Source: Chiloscyllium plagiosum
Taxonomy: Eukaryota
Length of the DNA: 41,513 nt
Assembly: GCF_004010195.1 (NCBI RefSeq)
Contig: NC_057720.1
Location: 33,155,406-33,196,918 of the forward strand
Direction: 5' to 3'
Shown: positions 22,781 to 35,306 of the stretch, in pieces
Numbering within the stretch: position 1 is the first letter of the stretch
Layout of the letters: each line of letters starts with the position of its first letter
Notes under the pieces: generated by a model
What the model was told of the DNA's origin: nothing
What the model saw: the letters and a program-made list of their open reading frames with translations, nothing else
The model's database searches: none
Position numbers and translations under genes: made by a program

Positions 22781-24238
22781 GATCTTTGTTTTTTTCTTTT
22801 CCAGATGTTCTCATTTCCACTCCATTCCTTGCCTTTCTGATGTATGTGGCCACTTTATTCTATAAATTTACTATCATGGAAGTGCATGATTAGGCACAGA
22901 AACCAGGACTCACAGGATTAGGGATTCTAGGTCCTGTAAAAGGACCTAGAGGGGTTCCAGAGGTCCCAGCATGTTTCGTAAGTCCAGGAAGTTCCAGGTT
23001 TCTAGGGCAGTGAGATGTTGGTTTCAAACGTTATTGGAGGCAGCTGTAGAGGCATCCAGGAGTTCTGGAATAAGTAATCCAGTGACCAAAAGAAACTAGG
23101 AAACCACTGATAACAGGAACGAGGAGGAAAGAAGAAACCTCCTGACAGATAGGGCAATGACTGTTGAAAGGCAACTACTGGCAGAGGCAATGAGTAAGAG
23201 GCTCTGGCACAATGAATGAATGCAGCACGTAGACTCCTTACAAACAGGGCTGCAGGAGGTCCTGGAAATGTTAAGAAAGAGCTGGAGGTTAATCAGGGAG
23301 TCAGAGCACCATCTAGAAGACTAGATTTAATGAACAGGAAGGGAGCAAGAGTTCAGACACTCCAAGTCAGAGCAACATTGAAGACATTTAAGTAGCAGAG
23401 TGAAATCCCTCTGGAAGAATATCCTGGTGTTACTGAGACTTTTGTGACTCAATTATTATTGACATTTGTGTGTTTGACAATTGTTTGTAATTCATATTTA
23501 CCTTATGCTGATTTTGGTCATTAGACCATAAGAAATGATAAGCTATTATACTTTTGTAACTTGATATATTAGTTGTATTTTGTTGTTTGAACCATGGAAT
23601 CTTGTGACCTTATTCTATCAGTAAGGATTTGGGATTCCTAAACTTCATATATTTTAACCAAAAAAGCTATTGATCGCTAAGCAAGCCATAACTAATCCTG
23701 GGCATCTTGTCAGGATCATCACATTATTCAGTTCAGAGGATTTTGCTATGTCTTCCCCAATCCCACCTCCCATGCCAACCTCCCACTGCTTCCCAAAATG
23801 GGTTTCTGAGTCACAGCTGAGATTTTCAAGCAGCCTGGAGTTTGAACAACTAGCCAATCAAATTCAAATTGGAACTGTATGTCAACAACAAACTGAACCA
23901 AAGTCTGTGCATAATTTTGAAAGTGGTGTGTTATGGTTTCTTTCATGAGATTTTATTCGGCAGACTCTAACAATAAACGTCACGATACTGTATCAGGATA
24001 GGCTTGATGCTAGATCCTGGCTATAATTAGCTAGCCATCTATCATGGGCAATGTCTGAGCCAAACCAAAAGCTAGACACAAATACAGTCTTGTCACAAAG
24101 AGATTCAATATGCTTCAATTTAGAATTCAAAGGACCATGAGTGCAGGGTTCAGACATATTGTGAAGGTGGAAAGCACTCAGATTGATTAGAGGAGCGAAT
24201 ATGAAGAGTTAAGATCAAGGATATGATTTGAAGCAGAA

Positions 24239-25418
24239 TGTTATGAAGACACTTTGTTTTTCAAGGACTCATGTTTAAAAGATCATGGGCATTGGCTCAT
24301 TTGGAAAGCTGAGAAGAGGTCATGGAAAGGACAATTGGACACCTTTTCTAAAAACGCTCATTATAAATCGCTTTGTTTAAGCTTACTCAACAGCCAAGCA
24401 TGTGGAATTGCTTTATTTTAAATTCTAAATAAAGTCATACAATATCAGCTAAATGCTTGGATTTACAGAAAATCACACGTTTGAGTTTATGGCTGTCAAA
24501 GTTGGGGCTATTGTTAATGTTATGGGATTTCAGTTAGTGTGTAGTCTGCTGTGAGTGAGAAGGTATCAAGCTCATCCTCTGTCTTTCTGAGAAAGCCATT
24601 TTCAAGAATCTAATATGAGACATGAAAAGTTGAAGTTGCTGCTTCCCTAAGAAATGTCTGAATTTTCAACAATTCCTGAGTGAACCATAAGGTCTCAGTA
24701 ACAACTACCTGTTTTTAGTATCATCCATCTACATGTGCTTTGATATCAACTGACAGACATTTTGAACATTTCATATTCTTTCCTTTTTTCCTTCAAAAAC
24801 TTACAATTATCTCATTTTCTAATCATTTCTCATTGAAGCGAAGAAAGATAAGAGGTGACTTGATAGGGGTATACAAGATGATGAGAGGCATAGATAGAGT
24901 AAATAGCCAGAGACTTTTTCCCAGGGTGGAAATGGCTGTCACAAGTAGACATAATTTTAAGGTGATTGGTGGAAGGTTTAGGGGAGATGTCACACATAGG
25001 TCTTGAAGAGGTAGGTTCTCACCCACAGAGAGTGGTGGGTGCTTGAATGTACTGCCAGCAGTGGTAGTAGAGTCAGATACATTAGGTATATTTAAGCGAC
25101 TCTTGGATAGGCACATAGATGACAGTAAAATGTAACGTATGTAGGTTAGTTTGATCTTAGAGTAGGATAAAAGGTTGGCACATCAAGGGCCGAAGGGTCT
25201 GTACTGTGCTGTACTGTTCTATGTTATCTCTACAGAGAAATTTTCTTTTCTTTTCTGCTATTGGTGTGTGCGTGTGTTTGGGTTGTTTAGAGGGGTAAAT
25301 ATTCATGTTTTCTTATTTTAAACTTTGCTAGCATTACACCTTCATTAAGTCCTGTTTCCAGAATAACTCAATAATGTTGTTTAGAATCCAGGTTGTAGGA
25401 ACATTAAAAACTGTGACA
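24239..25418. mobile_element. Possible solo LTR, interrupted by a CR1 3' fragment
   Basis: Termini TGTTAT...GTGACA form imperfect short inverted ends, with AGAA/AAAA flanks. No internal coding sequence, so this is tentative. Confidence 0.3.
24825..25228 (+). mobile_element. 5'-truncated CR1 3' fragment
   Basis: FSLKRRKIRGDLIGVYKMMRGIDRVNSQRLFPRVE, with a 3'UTR closely similar to 4100-4267, ending GTACTGTTCTATGTT. Confidence 0.9.
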
Positions 25419-25439
25419 AAAACTATGTCAGGGTATATT

Positions 25440-25531
25440 AACAAAAACAGAAATTGCTGTGAAACTCAGCAGGTCTGGCAGCATCTGAGGTAAGAAAGCA
25501 AAGTTAATGTTGGAGTCCAATGCCTATTCAT
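25440..25531 (-). repeat. PLE pLTR-like fragment (Neptune-like family)
   Basis: GAAACTCAGCAGGTCTGGCAGCATCTG...AGTTAATGTT is shared with 32445-32510 and 38480-38604, and is related to the arms of 40578-40777. Confidence 0.65.
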
Positions 25532-25559
25532 TTATTTATTTTTCTTTTATTTCAAAGTA

Positions 25560-25905
25560 CAAGAAGTCAGATCAAAGATCAAAGATTGGTCAAAGAAGTG
25601 AATGTAAAGGATGTTTTAAAGAGAGTGCAATAAAGGGATAGAGAGGTATAGAGAAGATAGTTAGATGTTATGCTATTGGAAATTGAAAGTACAGTCATTA
25701 ATGTTGGAGTGATTAAGATTGGAAATACTTAGGAGTCCAGAATCAGGGGAGCATTGATATCTCAGGTTGTGGAGCTGGAGGAGATTGTAACAATTATATG
25801 TGTGAGACCATGGAGGAATTTGAAAACAAGAATGAAAATTTTAAAAACAAGATGCTGCTTGATTGGGAGCCAATACAGGTCAGCTTTGACACGAATGATA
25901 ATGGA
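25560..25905 (-). mobile_element. L2-like LINE remnant
   Basis: Minus translation LYWLPIKQHLVFKIFILVFKFLHGL is typical of the L2 ORF2 C-terminus. Confidence 0.75.
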
Positions 25906-26994
25906 ACGGAATTTTGGATGGAATTCTCCAATTTGTAAGCTACCTCTTATGGGTGCCGCTATCACAGGCCTTGAGAGTGGAGACCTATCTCATCAGGCAA
26001 TCAGAAGCTAGCAGCCTCTGGATCCTAAGGACCGTTGGCTGAGGCTTAGTCATCTGGAAATCCAACAGCGAGAAAGTAAGTGGTTTTGTTTTGCTTCTGA
26101 TGAGGTGGGGTTGTCAGGCAGGGGGTGTCAGAGACAAGGAAGGGGTGGGGTGCGTTGCTTTCAGAATCCACCTCCTCACTGCCAAATTGGGACAAATGGA
26201 TGGCACCTTCCAACCCAGTAGGCTGGTTTCCCAATCATTAAATAGATCACTTAAGGGCTTATACTTTCTGACATACCTCTCCAGGGCCAACTTTCCCTCA
26301 ACACTCCTTCAGCACCCTCAACAAAAGGTGAGGGGGCGAAGTTCCACCCTCTGTGTGAGCTAAGACAGACAATAGTGTTTTGAATACCTTCAGGGTTACC
26401 GAATGTGTCTCAAGCTGAAGATGAAATAAATTAATTTTGGAGACAAGGTACTTAATCTATGTGTTACATTTTATTTGAGATATTTGACTATGGTTCAGCA
26501 TCACCAGCCTCTTAAAACTGACCTGGCAACCACTGTGCATTATCTGTGCAATACATGTGAAGAATTGTGAGACACAGCAATTCGACAGAAAGTCACAAGT
26601 ATTCTCGACTGCAGTAAATCAACATATAAGCTGTTGCCATGTGATCCTCATGTCTTCAATTGGTGAATTGTCAAATCTAGACTTGGACTATAAGCTGTGA
26701 AAACTTTATTCAAATAAATGAACACATCAGGATATATTGCAGTCATTATAAGTTTCACTATCCTCTTTAGCAAAGACAGTTTTCCTTGAAATCTTGAAAA
26801 TGGATTTTCTTTCTTCTGCGCTGAACTACTACTATATTAAAGAAACCAATAAATAAATTAACACAGGCAAAATTATATTTTTCTTATACCATGCAATAAC
26901 TGATCTGAAAATGATCCCTGCCCAGATTAGGAACCAAAAGTAGAAATTATATTTCCTAAGAGCAACAATCTTCAATGTGACCAGTCGACACATA

Positions 26995-27790
26995 ACAACA
27001 ACTTACTTTTGTATTGCATTGTTGTTGAGCAAAACTTGACAGCGAGTTACACGAGAAGGTATTAGAGCAGATGAGCACTGAAAAAGTAGGCCGTCAGATG
27101 CATCTTAAAGGAGGAAAGGGAGGCAAATATTTAAAGAAGTATTTCCAGAGGCCTTAGACCTCAGCAGCAGAATGCATGGACATTAATTGTGGAGGAATTA
27201 AGATCAGGAAAGACAAGGAGGAGTGGAGATATTTCAAAAGGTTGGAAAAAAGACATAGAGAGCAATAAAGCCAGGGTTAAGTTACTGAGGGATTTGAAAA
27301 GAAAGATGAGAATTCTAAAATTGAGGCATTGCTTCTCCAAACACCAAAGTTGTGAGCAGTCTGGTTCCATTTCAGATTGTTGTTCGGAAGCGGAATGAAG
27401 AAAATGGAAACCAGTGAAATGAAATTTCTGGAGGCCATAGAAGATAATGGCTTCAACCTTCCTAATATTTAATTGCAGGAAATTTCCCCTCATCAAGTAC
27501 TGAATGTTCGACAAGCAACAATCTTAAGACTTTGGAGGAGTTAGGAGAGGTTTTAAATTAGATAGATTAGATTCCCTACAGGGTGGAAACGGCCCTTCAG
27601 CCCAACAAGTCCACACCGGCCCTCCGATGAGTAACCCACCCAGACCCATTTCCCTCTGACTAATGCACCTAGCACTATGGGCAATTTGGCATGGCCAATT
27701 CACCTGACCTGCACATCTTTGGACTGTGGGAGGAAACCGGAGCACCCAGAGGTCACCCACGCAGACGGTGATGGTGAGGTAGAGCTGGAT
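26995..27790 (-). mobile_element. L2-like LINE remnant interrupted by a SINE
   Basis: SNIQYLMRGNFLQLNIRKVEAIIF and CLNFRILIFLFKSL, with an L2-type terminus at about 26995. Confidence 0.72.
27557..27767 (-). mobile_element. 5'-truncated V-domain SINE
   Basis: Antisense (AATCT)n tail, GGCCCTTCAGCCCAACAAGTCCACACC and V-domain; the tRNA head is absent. Confidence 0.9.
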
Positions 27791-28402
27791 TAGGGTTGCC
27801 AACCCTTTCAGAATTGCTGAGAGACTAATTAATTCACTCACAATGTCACAGTGACTGTTAAAAGCAATTGGAAGATTTTTTATGTTACAAGATTCCATAA
27901 ATTGACTCCCAGCAGCTATTGAGTCCATTTACCTGAATTGGATGGATGATCTAAGATTGCAGGCAATACCCCTGTGATCCTGAGAGTAAGTATCGAGCAA
28001 GCCTCAAGGCATGTAGTCAACCCCAATATGAATTGAGCCTTGAGAGACAGTAGACAACAAAAACCCTGCCCAAGATCTTAGAAAATTCACTCCCACAGTT
28101 CATCATCTGGAAAGTGTTAGTCACTCCTTGGACTTGACCTCGGCTAGAAAAGAGAAAGCACCAGAGAGTCCGTCTTGGAGTATGATGATGTACTGCTTTC
28201 AGCTTCCTGTTTTTTTTTTCAGCTGGACTAGAAAAAATTTGCATAAATTCCAAACATAAAAAGTTTTCCATGAAGTGAAGTAATTTACTTAAGGGAGCAT
28301 TGTTGCTTATGTAAAGTTAACCTTGAAAAAAGTTAGTTCAGACCTTTAAGAGCTATTAGCAGAACACAAAAAATACATTACAATTTTTGAAATGACTCTT
28401 TT

Positions 28403-28585
28403 GTATTTCATTTATGGGATGTGGAAATTGTGGATGAGGCCAACCTTTATTGTCCAGGCCAAATTGGCCAGAGGGCAGTTAAGAGTCAGCCATATTGCTA
28501 TGGGTCTGGAGCTGCACCAATTAAGAATGGCAGATTTCCTTCTCTAAAGGGCATTAGCGAATTACAACAATCAACAATAGTTTGA
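28403..28585 (-). repeat. Probable second SINE-type interspersed repeat, 3' part
   Basis: Recognised pattern ATGGGATGTGG...GGCAGTTAAGAGTCAGCCATATTGCT...GGCAGATTTCCTTCTCTAAAGGGCATTAG. I cannot assign the family with certainty. Confidence 0.45.
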
Positions 28586-28599
28586 TAATTAAAGAATAA

Positions 28600-29335
28600 A
28601 GGTCATTTGATGATGCCATCACATTTGGAAATGCAAATTGTCCAGAATAGCTGAGGTAATAACTCTAGGCTAGGTGCTGTTAGACCGATGTGAAATTTGA
28701 GGTGCTTCTGGATAATGTTGCTGAGGAACAGCACGCAACTGAGAAATAGGAGGGGGCTAAGGATAAGTCTTTTGATGTCACCAAAGCTAATGACACAGGA
28801 CTCGGAAGAGAACCCATCGAAGATCACCTTCTCTGTCCAACTGGATAGATAAGAATAGAACCACTTGGGTTAAGTCTCACCCAGCTGGACAGTAGAGGAG
28901 AGATAATAATTGGGGAAGGTTTGAGTCAGAGGTTGCAGATAAGTGGATTAGGACAAGGAGGGTAACATAACCACAAGCACAGTCACATAGGATGTCATTT
29001 TTAGTGTTGATGTGGCAGAGATGTGTAAAAATTGATTGGAGAGATTTGAACTTGGAATTCTGGAAATGTGGAACACAGGATTAGGGAGCCACAGCATTTT
29101 TCAGGAATGCGTGGAAGCAAAGGAGGTTGGAAATTGAACAGTAATTTGAAGGGACAGAAATGTCATCAATTGGTTTATTGAGCAGGAGAGTGAAGACAGT
29201 AATTTGAAGGTAAGGGAGACAATACTGTGGAGAGAACTGTGGACATTAGTCAACATGGAATCAAGAAGGAGAGTTAGCTGATCAACTGTTCAGTGGGATT
29301 AAGGTTGAGGAAGCAGTTTTGGCTAATGAATGAAA
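28600..29335 (-). mobile_element. L2-like RT remnant
   Basis: Minus strand resembles WFYSYLSSW.EKVIFDGFSSES...ILSPLLF, plus LLNL...VDQL and HVD-like remnants. Confidence 0.6.
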
Positions 29336-30014
29336 GCCAAGAGAGTTTTAAGGCAAAGGTTAAGCCATTAATTTATTTTTAAAATATATGGGCTTCCTCA
29401 TATTAAATCGATTGCATATTGGTACTGGAACCTTCTTAAACTCAGATCAATAACTAATAAAATAACAAATATGAAGAGAACAAAACAATTGCAGGGACTG
29501 TCATGTCAATTCCTATTCTCAGTCAATCAATTTTTTTTCCTCTTATCAAAATAAATTAAGGTTCTGGGACCAAAGACAGAAACACAACTATTTCTAAACA
29601 GGGCAGATTTTAATGAGATCCAAGTTAGAGAACAAGATGTGTGTCAAATGGAGGACTCGGTGTTAAACAATGATAACAAACAGTCCTTGCAGAAACTGCC
29701 AAGCCCCTGATAAAAGCATCACCCAGCTGAGGACTGCTGTGAGTCAGACGCTGTAGATGCTGATAGATAGTCTTCAGTGACAGGCAGAGGAGAATGCTTG
29801 GATCAGTGGAGTTGAAGGCAACAGCAAGAAATACTAGGAAATCAGGAGATGACATACATAGCATGCCTGTCACCTATTAATTCCCAATAGAATATTTGGC
29901 TTTTGCTGCTGTTACTCTATTCCACGTATGATTTCAGAGCTTTATACTCACATGATGATGTGACAATAATATTCAAGGTGTGAGGAAACTGGATCATGGA
30001 CTTCGATTACCCTC

Positions 30015-30691
30015 TTAGAGCCATAGAGTCAGAGAGATGTACAGCACAGAAACAGGCCCTTCGGTCCAACTCATTCATGCTGACCAGATATCCCATTCCA
30101 ATCTAGTCCCACCTGCCAGCACCCGACCCATATCCCTCCAAATCCTTCCTATTCATATACCCATCCAGATGCCTTTTAAAGGCTGCAATTGTACTAGCCT
30201 CCACCACTTCCTCTGGCAGCTCGTTCCACACACATACCATTCTCTGTGTGAAAATGTTGCCCCTTATGTCTCTTTTATATCTTTCCCCTCTCACCCTAAA
30301 CCTATGCCATCTAGTTTTGGACTCCCCCACCCCAGGAAAGAGAACTTGTCTATTTATCCTATTCATGCCCCTCATGATCTTATAAACCTCTATAAGGTCA
30401 CCTCTCAGGCTCCATCACTCCAGGGAAAACAACTCCAGCCTATTCCACCTCTCCCATAGCTCAAATCCTCCAACCCTGGCAATATTCTTGTAAATCTTTT
30501 CTGAACCCTTACATATTTCAGAACATCCTTTCAATAGGAAGAAGACCAGAATTGCACGCAATATTCCAAAAGCGGCCTCACCAATGTTCTGCACAGCCGC
30601 AACATGACCTCCCAACTCCTGTATTCAGTACTCTGACCAACAAAGGAAAGCATACCAAATGCCATCTTCACTATCCTAGCTACCTGCGACT
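30015..30691 (-). mobile_element. 5'-truncated CR1 (same subfamily as the outer CR1 3' end)
   Basis: MRGMNRINRQVLFPGVGESKTR...FKRHLDGYMNRKDLEGYGSGAGRWD, with an antisense (CTATGACT)n-type tail. Confidence 0.93.
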
Positions 30692-32139
30692 TGATCTAGT
30701 TCAGATCCCAAACAGGCCCCAGGGGAGAGGACTGAACAGGGAGCAGCTGGCTCCTGATAGAACATTAACACCTTAGGATGGGATTGCCTGAATCCCACAA
30801 AGTAATGACACTGTGCCATAAAACATTCTTATCTTCTCCCAAGCGATTTCCACAGCATTTTTTCATCATTTGCAAATCGTGCACCTTAGAATAAATCAGA
30901 GAAGCAACATGTTTTGCCACACAATTAAATGAGACAGTTCTGATCCTCTTGGCCAGAAAGCTGAAATTCTGAATTAAGGTTTCACAACAGAGCTTGCATC
31001 AAATGCTTTATTTCATTTTGGAGGCTGAGTCTAACTCAGCTACCGAAAGACAGACAAAAAGATAAGAGATTAAAATGGTAACTACAGCAATAACTTTATT
31101 TTGTTTCTACTGAAAACAAATAGAAGACTAAAATGCTGCAATTATAAATCAATTTTATGAATGTTTTGAGATAAATATTTGCAGCAAAGTTATTAATGAG
31201 TTTGTTTTATTTCAGACATAGGCTGGGTCAGAGGTTTCAGAGATGGATGATTATAGTAATTTGGTTTAATGTGTTTATACAAGATATTTTAAAACAATGA
31301 TTATTTAAAATTATATAGCTATGCTAGCTTTTACTTAATCTTGTGAAGTAGGTATGAGTAACTTTGATTTCTGGAAAATAAATAATTAATCTACAAACAA
31401 ATGTTTCAAGCCTAATGAATAGAAGAAGCATAGGACACTGTCATCTCCCATTCCTGCCTGGAAGGTGGATGAAAATGAGTCATATTGTATTGGATTAGTT
31501 TTATTCAGGAGATTAAACAAGGTAATCTGCTGATAGTTGTGTTTAGCTGCTTGATGAGCCAATCCACAGCAGAGAGGTGGGGATGGACAGTAGTTCAGCT
31601 TTTAGCTTTCTCTCTGGTGAAACAGAATCCTCTTGTGATCAATTTGACATTGTAGCAATCAGAGTGGTAGCAAACACTCTCTTTTTAATTGACCATTTGT
31701 TGATTAAACAATGCAGACCAGTGAAGTTAAGTCAACATTAAGGTAATATTTGCACAATTAACTATTTTTAATGTTGAAAATCAGTACATCATGCTCTGTT
31801 AAACATATGTGAAATAGAGTACTTCACGTGAAATACACTAAATCACTGGATTGCAATTAGTTTGTTTCCACAAGAGTATTAATTTTAATGTCCTTTGGAA
31901 GATAGGATAGACACATGGAGGGTACAAGCAAGATTACACAAAGGGATCTCCATGTTACACCTGTTGGGTCATGCTATTGTATAAGAAGATGTTTGTTTAG
32001 AATACATGCTGATTATGGGGTCACAGTGCATACTTAAAGGAGTGAACAGTCATGATAAGATTGAGGGAAAAATAGTGTAAGAATTCAAAATGAGGGCATT
32101 GAAGTGACAAATTTCTGATTTGCCAGTAAAGAATAATGT

Positions 32140-32440
32140 AATAATAACAACCCATATTTATGTAGAACTATAACATAATATCACATCCTGAAATATCTCT
32201 CAGGATAATTAGAAAATAAAATTTTGACACTGAACAACAAAAGGCAATATAAGGTCAGGTGATTAAAGGCTTGGTCAAAGAGAGGAAGTTTAAGGAGGAA
32301 GGTTACAAGCAAAGTGAAGAGATTTAGGGGAAAATTAACAGAGCATTGGGCCCAGGCAGCTGAATGCACAGCCACCAGTAGTGGAGAGATTAAAACTGGG
32401 GATGTTTTAAAACTGGAAGAATGCAGACATCTCAGGGGTA
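32140..32440 (-). mobile_element. L2-like 3' remnant (continues at about 33345-33530)
   Basis: L2-type terminus; the minus ORF at 33376-33606 contains GITFDPEMSFQSDTYIITRTVHFHLLNIA. Confidence 0.65.
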
Positions 32441-33260
32441 GAACAAGCACAGAGAAACTAAGCAGGTTTGCAGCATCTGTTGAGAGAGAAGAAAAGTTAA
32501 TGTTTCAATTGGAGAACGCGACATAATGTGGTCAGTTTCTGAAGTTACGGAATGAAGTTATGGTATTAAGACCTTGAAGCTATAAAGTCCCAAAGTGGAA
32601 AATGAATTATTGTTGCTTGAGCTTATGTTGTACTCTGCTGGAAAAGGGCAGCATGCTCAGGACAAAAATCAGCATGAGAGCAAAGTGGTTTATGGAAATG
32701 GTAAGCAACTGGGAGGTCAGGATCATTCCAATGGAGAGCAGAGACCTGTCACAAATCAGTCACCCAGTATGCATTTGGTCTTACCAGTGTGAGGAGCTGC
32801 AAATATAGTAGACTGATTAAAAGACATACAATGAACTGCTGCTTCACCTGGAAGCTGTTTCTGGGACCTTGCACAGTGAGAGAGAATGAGGTGAATGAGC
32901 AAATGTTACACATTCTGCAATTGCATGGGAAGGTGCTGTGGGGGAGTGAGGAAGTGCTCAGATTGATTGGGGAGTGAACCAGGATGTCACAGAGAGGGAA
33001 TGATCTGTGTGGAATGCTGACAGTGGGGGGGAGTGCAAGGTGTGTTTGTGGTAGCATCCTGCTGGAAATGGTGGAGGATAACCCTTCGAATGAGGAGACT
33101 GGTGGGGTGGAGAGTGAGGAAATGGGGAACCTGTCATTGTTCTGGGGAGAAAGAAAAGGCGTGAATGAAGAAGTGCAGGATATGAGTTGGACATGGGTGA
33201 AGGCCTTGTCATCTACAATAAGAGGGAATCCTTGTTTGAGGACAATAGAAGTCTCCGATA
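32441..33260 (-). mobile_element. Neptune-like PLE remnant (Cys-rich linker, degenerate GIY-YIG, pLTR)
   Basis: LCDILVHS...STFPCNCRMCNICSFTS..VQGPRNSFQVKQQF, followed by frameshifted sequence resembling IGKTKCILGD*FVT. pLTR-like end at 32445-32510. Confidence 0.7.
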
Positions 33261-34163
33261 TTCCTCCAACCTACTTCCTTCCACCTGAAGACAATATATC
33301 AGTATCTATAAAATGTATTCAAATCGAGAATACTAAGGAATAGAGAGTGTTTCAACAATTGATGCAGAAACACAGTCAGGCAATGTTCAGGAGGTGGAAA
33401 TGGACAGTTCTGGTGATGATGTAGGTATCCGATTGGAAACTCATCTCAGGGTCAAATGTGATGCCAAATTTGGAAACAATCTTTTTCACCTTTGGCAGGT
33501 GCTTGAGAACGAGGACAGTGAGTCGGTCAGAAAAAGAAACTACATGAGATATCACTTTATATTGTGAGGACTGTGTGATAAGTACAATGGTAAGGAATAA
33601 TTTCATACTTAAAACTAATTAAGTGTGCATTTCCCAAGTGTAACAAAGGTGCAAAACAAATAATTATAGATGTACAATAATTTATATCCAGCAAAAACAA
33701 AGGCTACCAATTTGTCTTAAGTGCTAATGTCTATCCACTGATGACCATTGACACTAACTCTGCCAAATAAATAGGGTTTTGGTTACTCACTTATCTTAAA
33801 TTCTCTGTAAAGATGGCATAGATGTGACTGCAGAGTGGTATGTTGTTGCCCTAGTGCTGTCAAGCATATCACCAAGCTGTAGGGCACTCTTCTGTGCATG
33901 GGTGAACAGCCAGAAATTATGATCCATGTTGATACCAATGACTTGGTTAGGAAGGGGGATATGGTTCTGCAATTAGAATTTAGAGAGCCAGGGAGGAAAT
34001 AAGCAGCCCTCAAAGGTCATAAGTTTGACATTACTCTCACGCCACATGCAAGTGAGTACAGAACCAGAAGGATAAGGTTGATGAATATTTAGTTGGAAAG
34101 ATGGTCCAGGAGGGAGGTTAAATTCCTGGGACTTTGGGCAGAGATCTGGGGAAGAGGGCATTT

Positions 34164-34890
34164 AAAGTCATAGAGTCATAGAGATGTACAGCATGGAAAC
34201 AGACCCTTCAGTCCAACCCGTCCATGCCGACCAGATATCCCAACTCAATCTAGTCCCACCTGCCAGCACCCGGCCCTTATCCCTCCAAACCCTTCCTATT
34301 TATATACACATCCAAATGCCTCTTAAATGTTGCAATTCCACCAGCCTCCACCACATCCTCTGGTGGCTAATTCCATACATGTACCACTCTCTGCGTGAAA
34401 AAGTTGCCCCTTAGGTATCTTTTATATCTTTCCCCTCTCACCATAAACCTATGCCCTCTAGTTCTGGACTCCCCGACCCCAAGGAAAAGACTTTGTCTAT
34501 TTATCCTATCCATGGCCCNNNNNNNNNNNNNNNNNNNNNNNNNNNNNNNNNNNNNNNNNNNNNNNNNNNNNNNNNNNNNNNNNNNNNNATACTCTGACCA
34601 ATAAAGGAAAGCATACCAAACGCCTTCTTCACTACCCTATCTACCTGTGACTCCACTTTCAAGGAGTTATGAACCTGCACTCCAAGGTCTCTTTGTTCAG
34701 CAACACTCCCTAGGACCTTACCATTAAGTGTATAAGTCCTGCTAAGATTTGCTTTCCCAAAATGCAGCACCTTGCATTTATCTGAATTAAACTCCATCTG
34801 CCACTTCTCAGCCCATTGGCCCATCTGGTCCAGATCCTGTTGTAATCTGAGGTAACCCTCTTCGCTGTCCATTACACCTCCAATTTTGGT
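34164..34890 (-). mobile_element. 5'-truncated young CR1 containing an assembly gap
   Basis: TKIGGVMDSEEGYLRLQQDLDQMGQWAEKWQMEFN, with an antisense AGTCATAGAGTCATAG tail. Confidence 0.93.
34519..34588. other. Assembly gap (70 N)
   Basis: Run of N. Confidence 1.
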
Positions 34891-35108
34891 TTGTAAAAGC
34901 TGAGGAGCTTGCACCTGAACAGAATTGGGAACTGAGTTCCTTGTTGGGCATTTTGCTAGTGCTGTTGAGAGGGATTTAAACTAACTTTGCAAGGATGTGG
35001 AAACCCGAAGAGAATTTAAGAGAAAAATATAATTTGCACAAAATACGTAGAGAGATGGATAGCACTATTATTGAGAATAATTAGATAATGGGTGAAGTCA
35101 GAGTAAGG

Positions 35109-35306
35109 GATAAAATAATGAAGTCTTACTCAGTGGTTACTGTGAATGTATGGAGTAAGGTAAAGAAGATAGGGGACTGCGTGGGTTTCCTCCGGGTGCT
35201 CCGGTTTCCTCCCACAGTCCAAAGATGTGCGGGTCAGATAAAATAATGAAGTCTTACTCAGTGGTTACTGTGAATGTATGGAGTAAGGTAAAGAAGATAG
35301 GGGACT
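35109..35306 (+). repeat. Perfect 70-bp direct duplication (35109-35178, 35237-35306) flanking a 58-bp internal SINE fragment
   Basis: GATAAAATAATGAAG...GATAGGGGACT occurs twice. The spacer GCGTGGGTTTCCTCCGGGTGCTCCGG...GATGTGCGGGTCA matches the V-domain at about 12045-12102. Confidence 0.95.

Noticed and set aside
21262..23691. Two possible solo LTRs (about 21262-21914 and 22872-23691)
   Set aside because: Only vague TG..CA-like ends, no TSD and no partner LTR; not supportable without a repeat library.
26520..27803. hAT-like terminal motifs TGGCAACC (about 26525) and AGGGTTGCCAAC (about 27792)
   Set aside because: They face outward rather than enclosing an element, and I found no matching partner ends or 8-bp TSD.
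27933..28143. Possible minus-strand exon with a good acceptor (TTTCTAG) and donor (CAG/GTAAAT)
   Set aside because: My translation has stops in all three frames. It could only be non-coding, and nothing else supports it.
14658..30691. CR1 pieces at 14658-14823 and 30015-30691 as halves of one split element (adjacent in consensus coordinates)
   Set aside because: Their order on the minus strand is not colinear and no shared TSD is visible.
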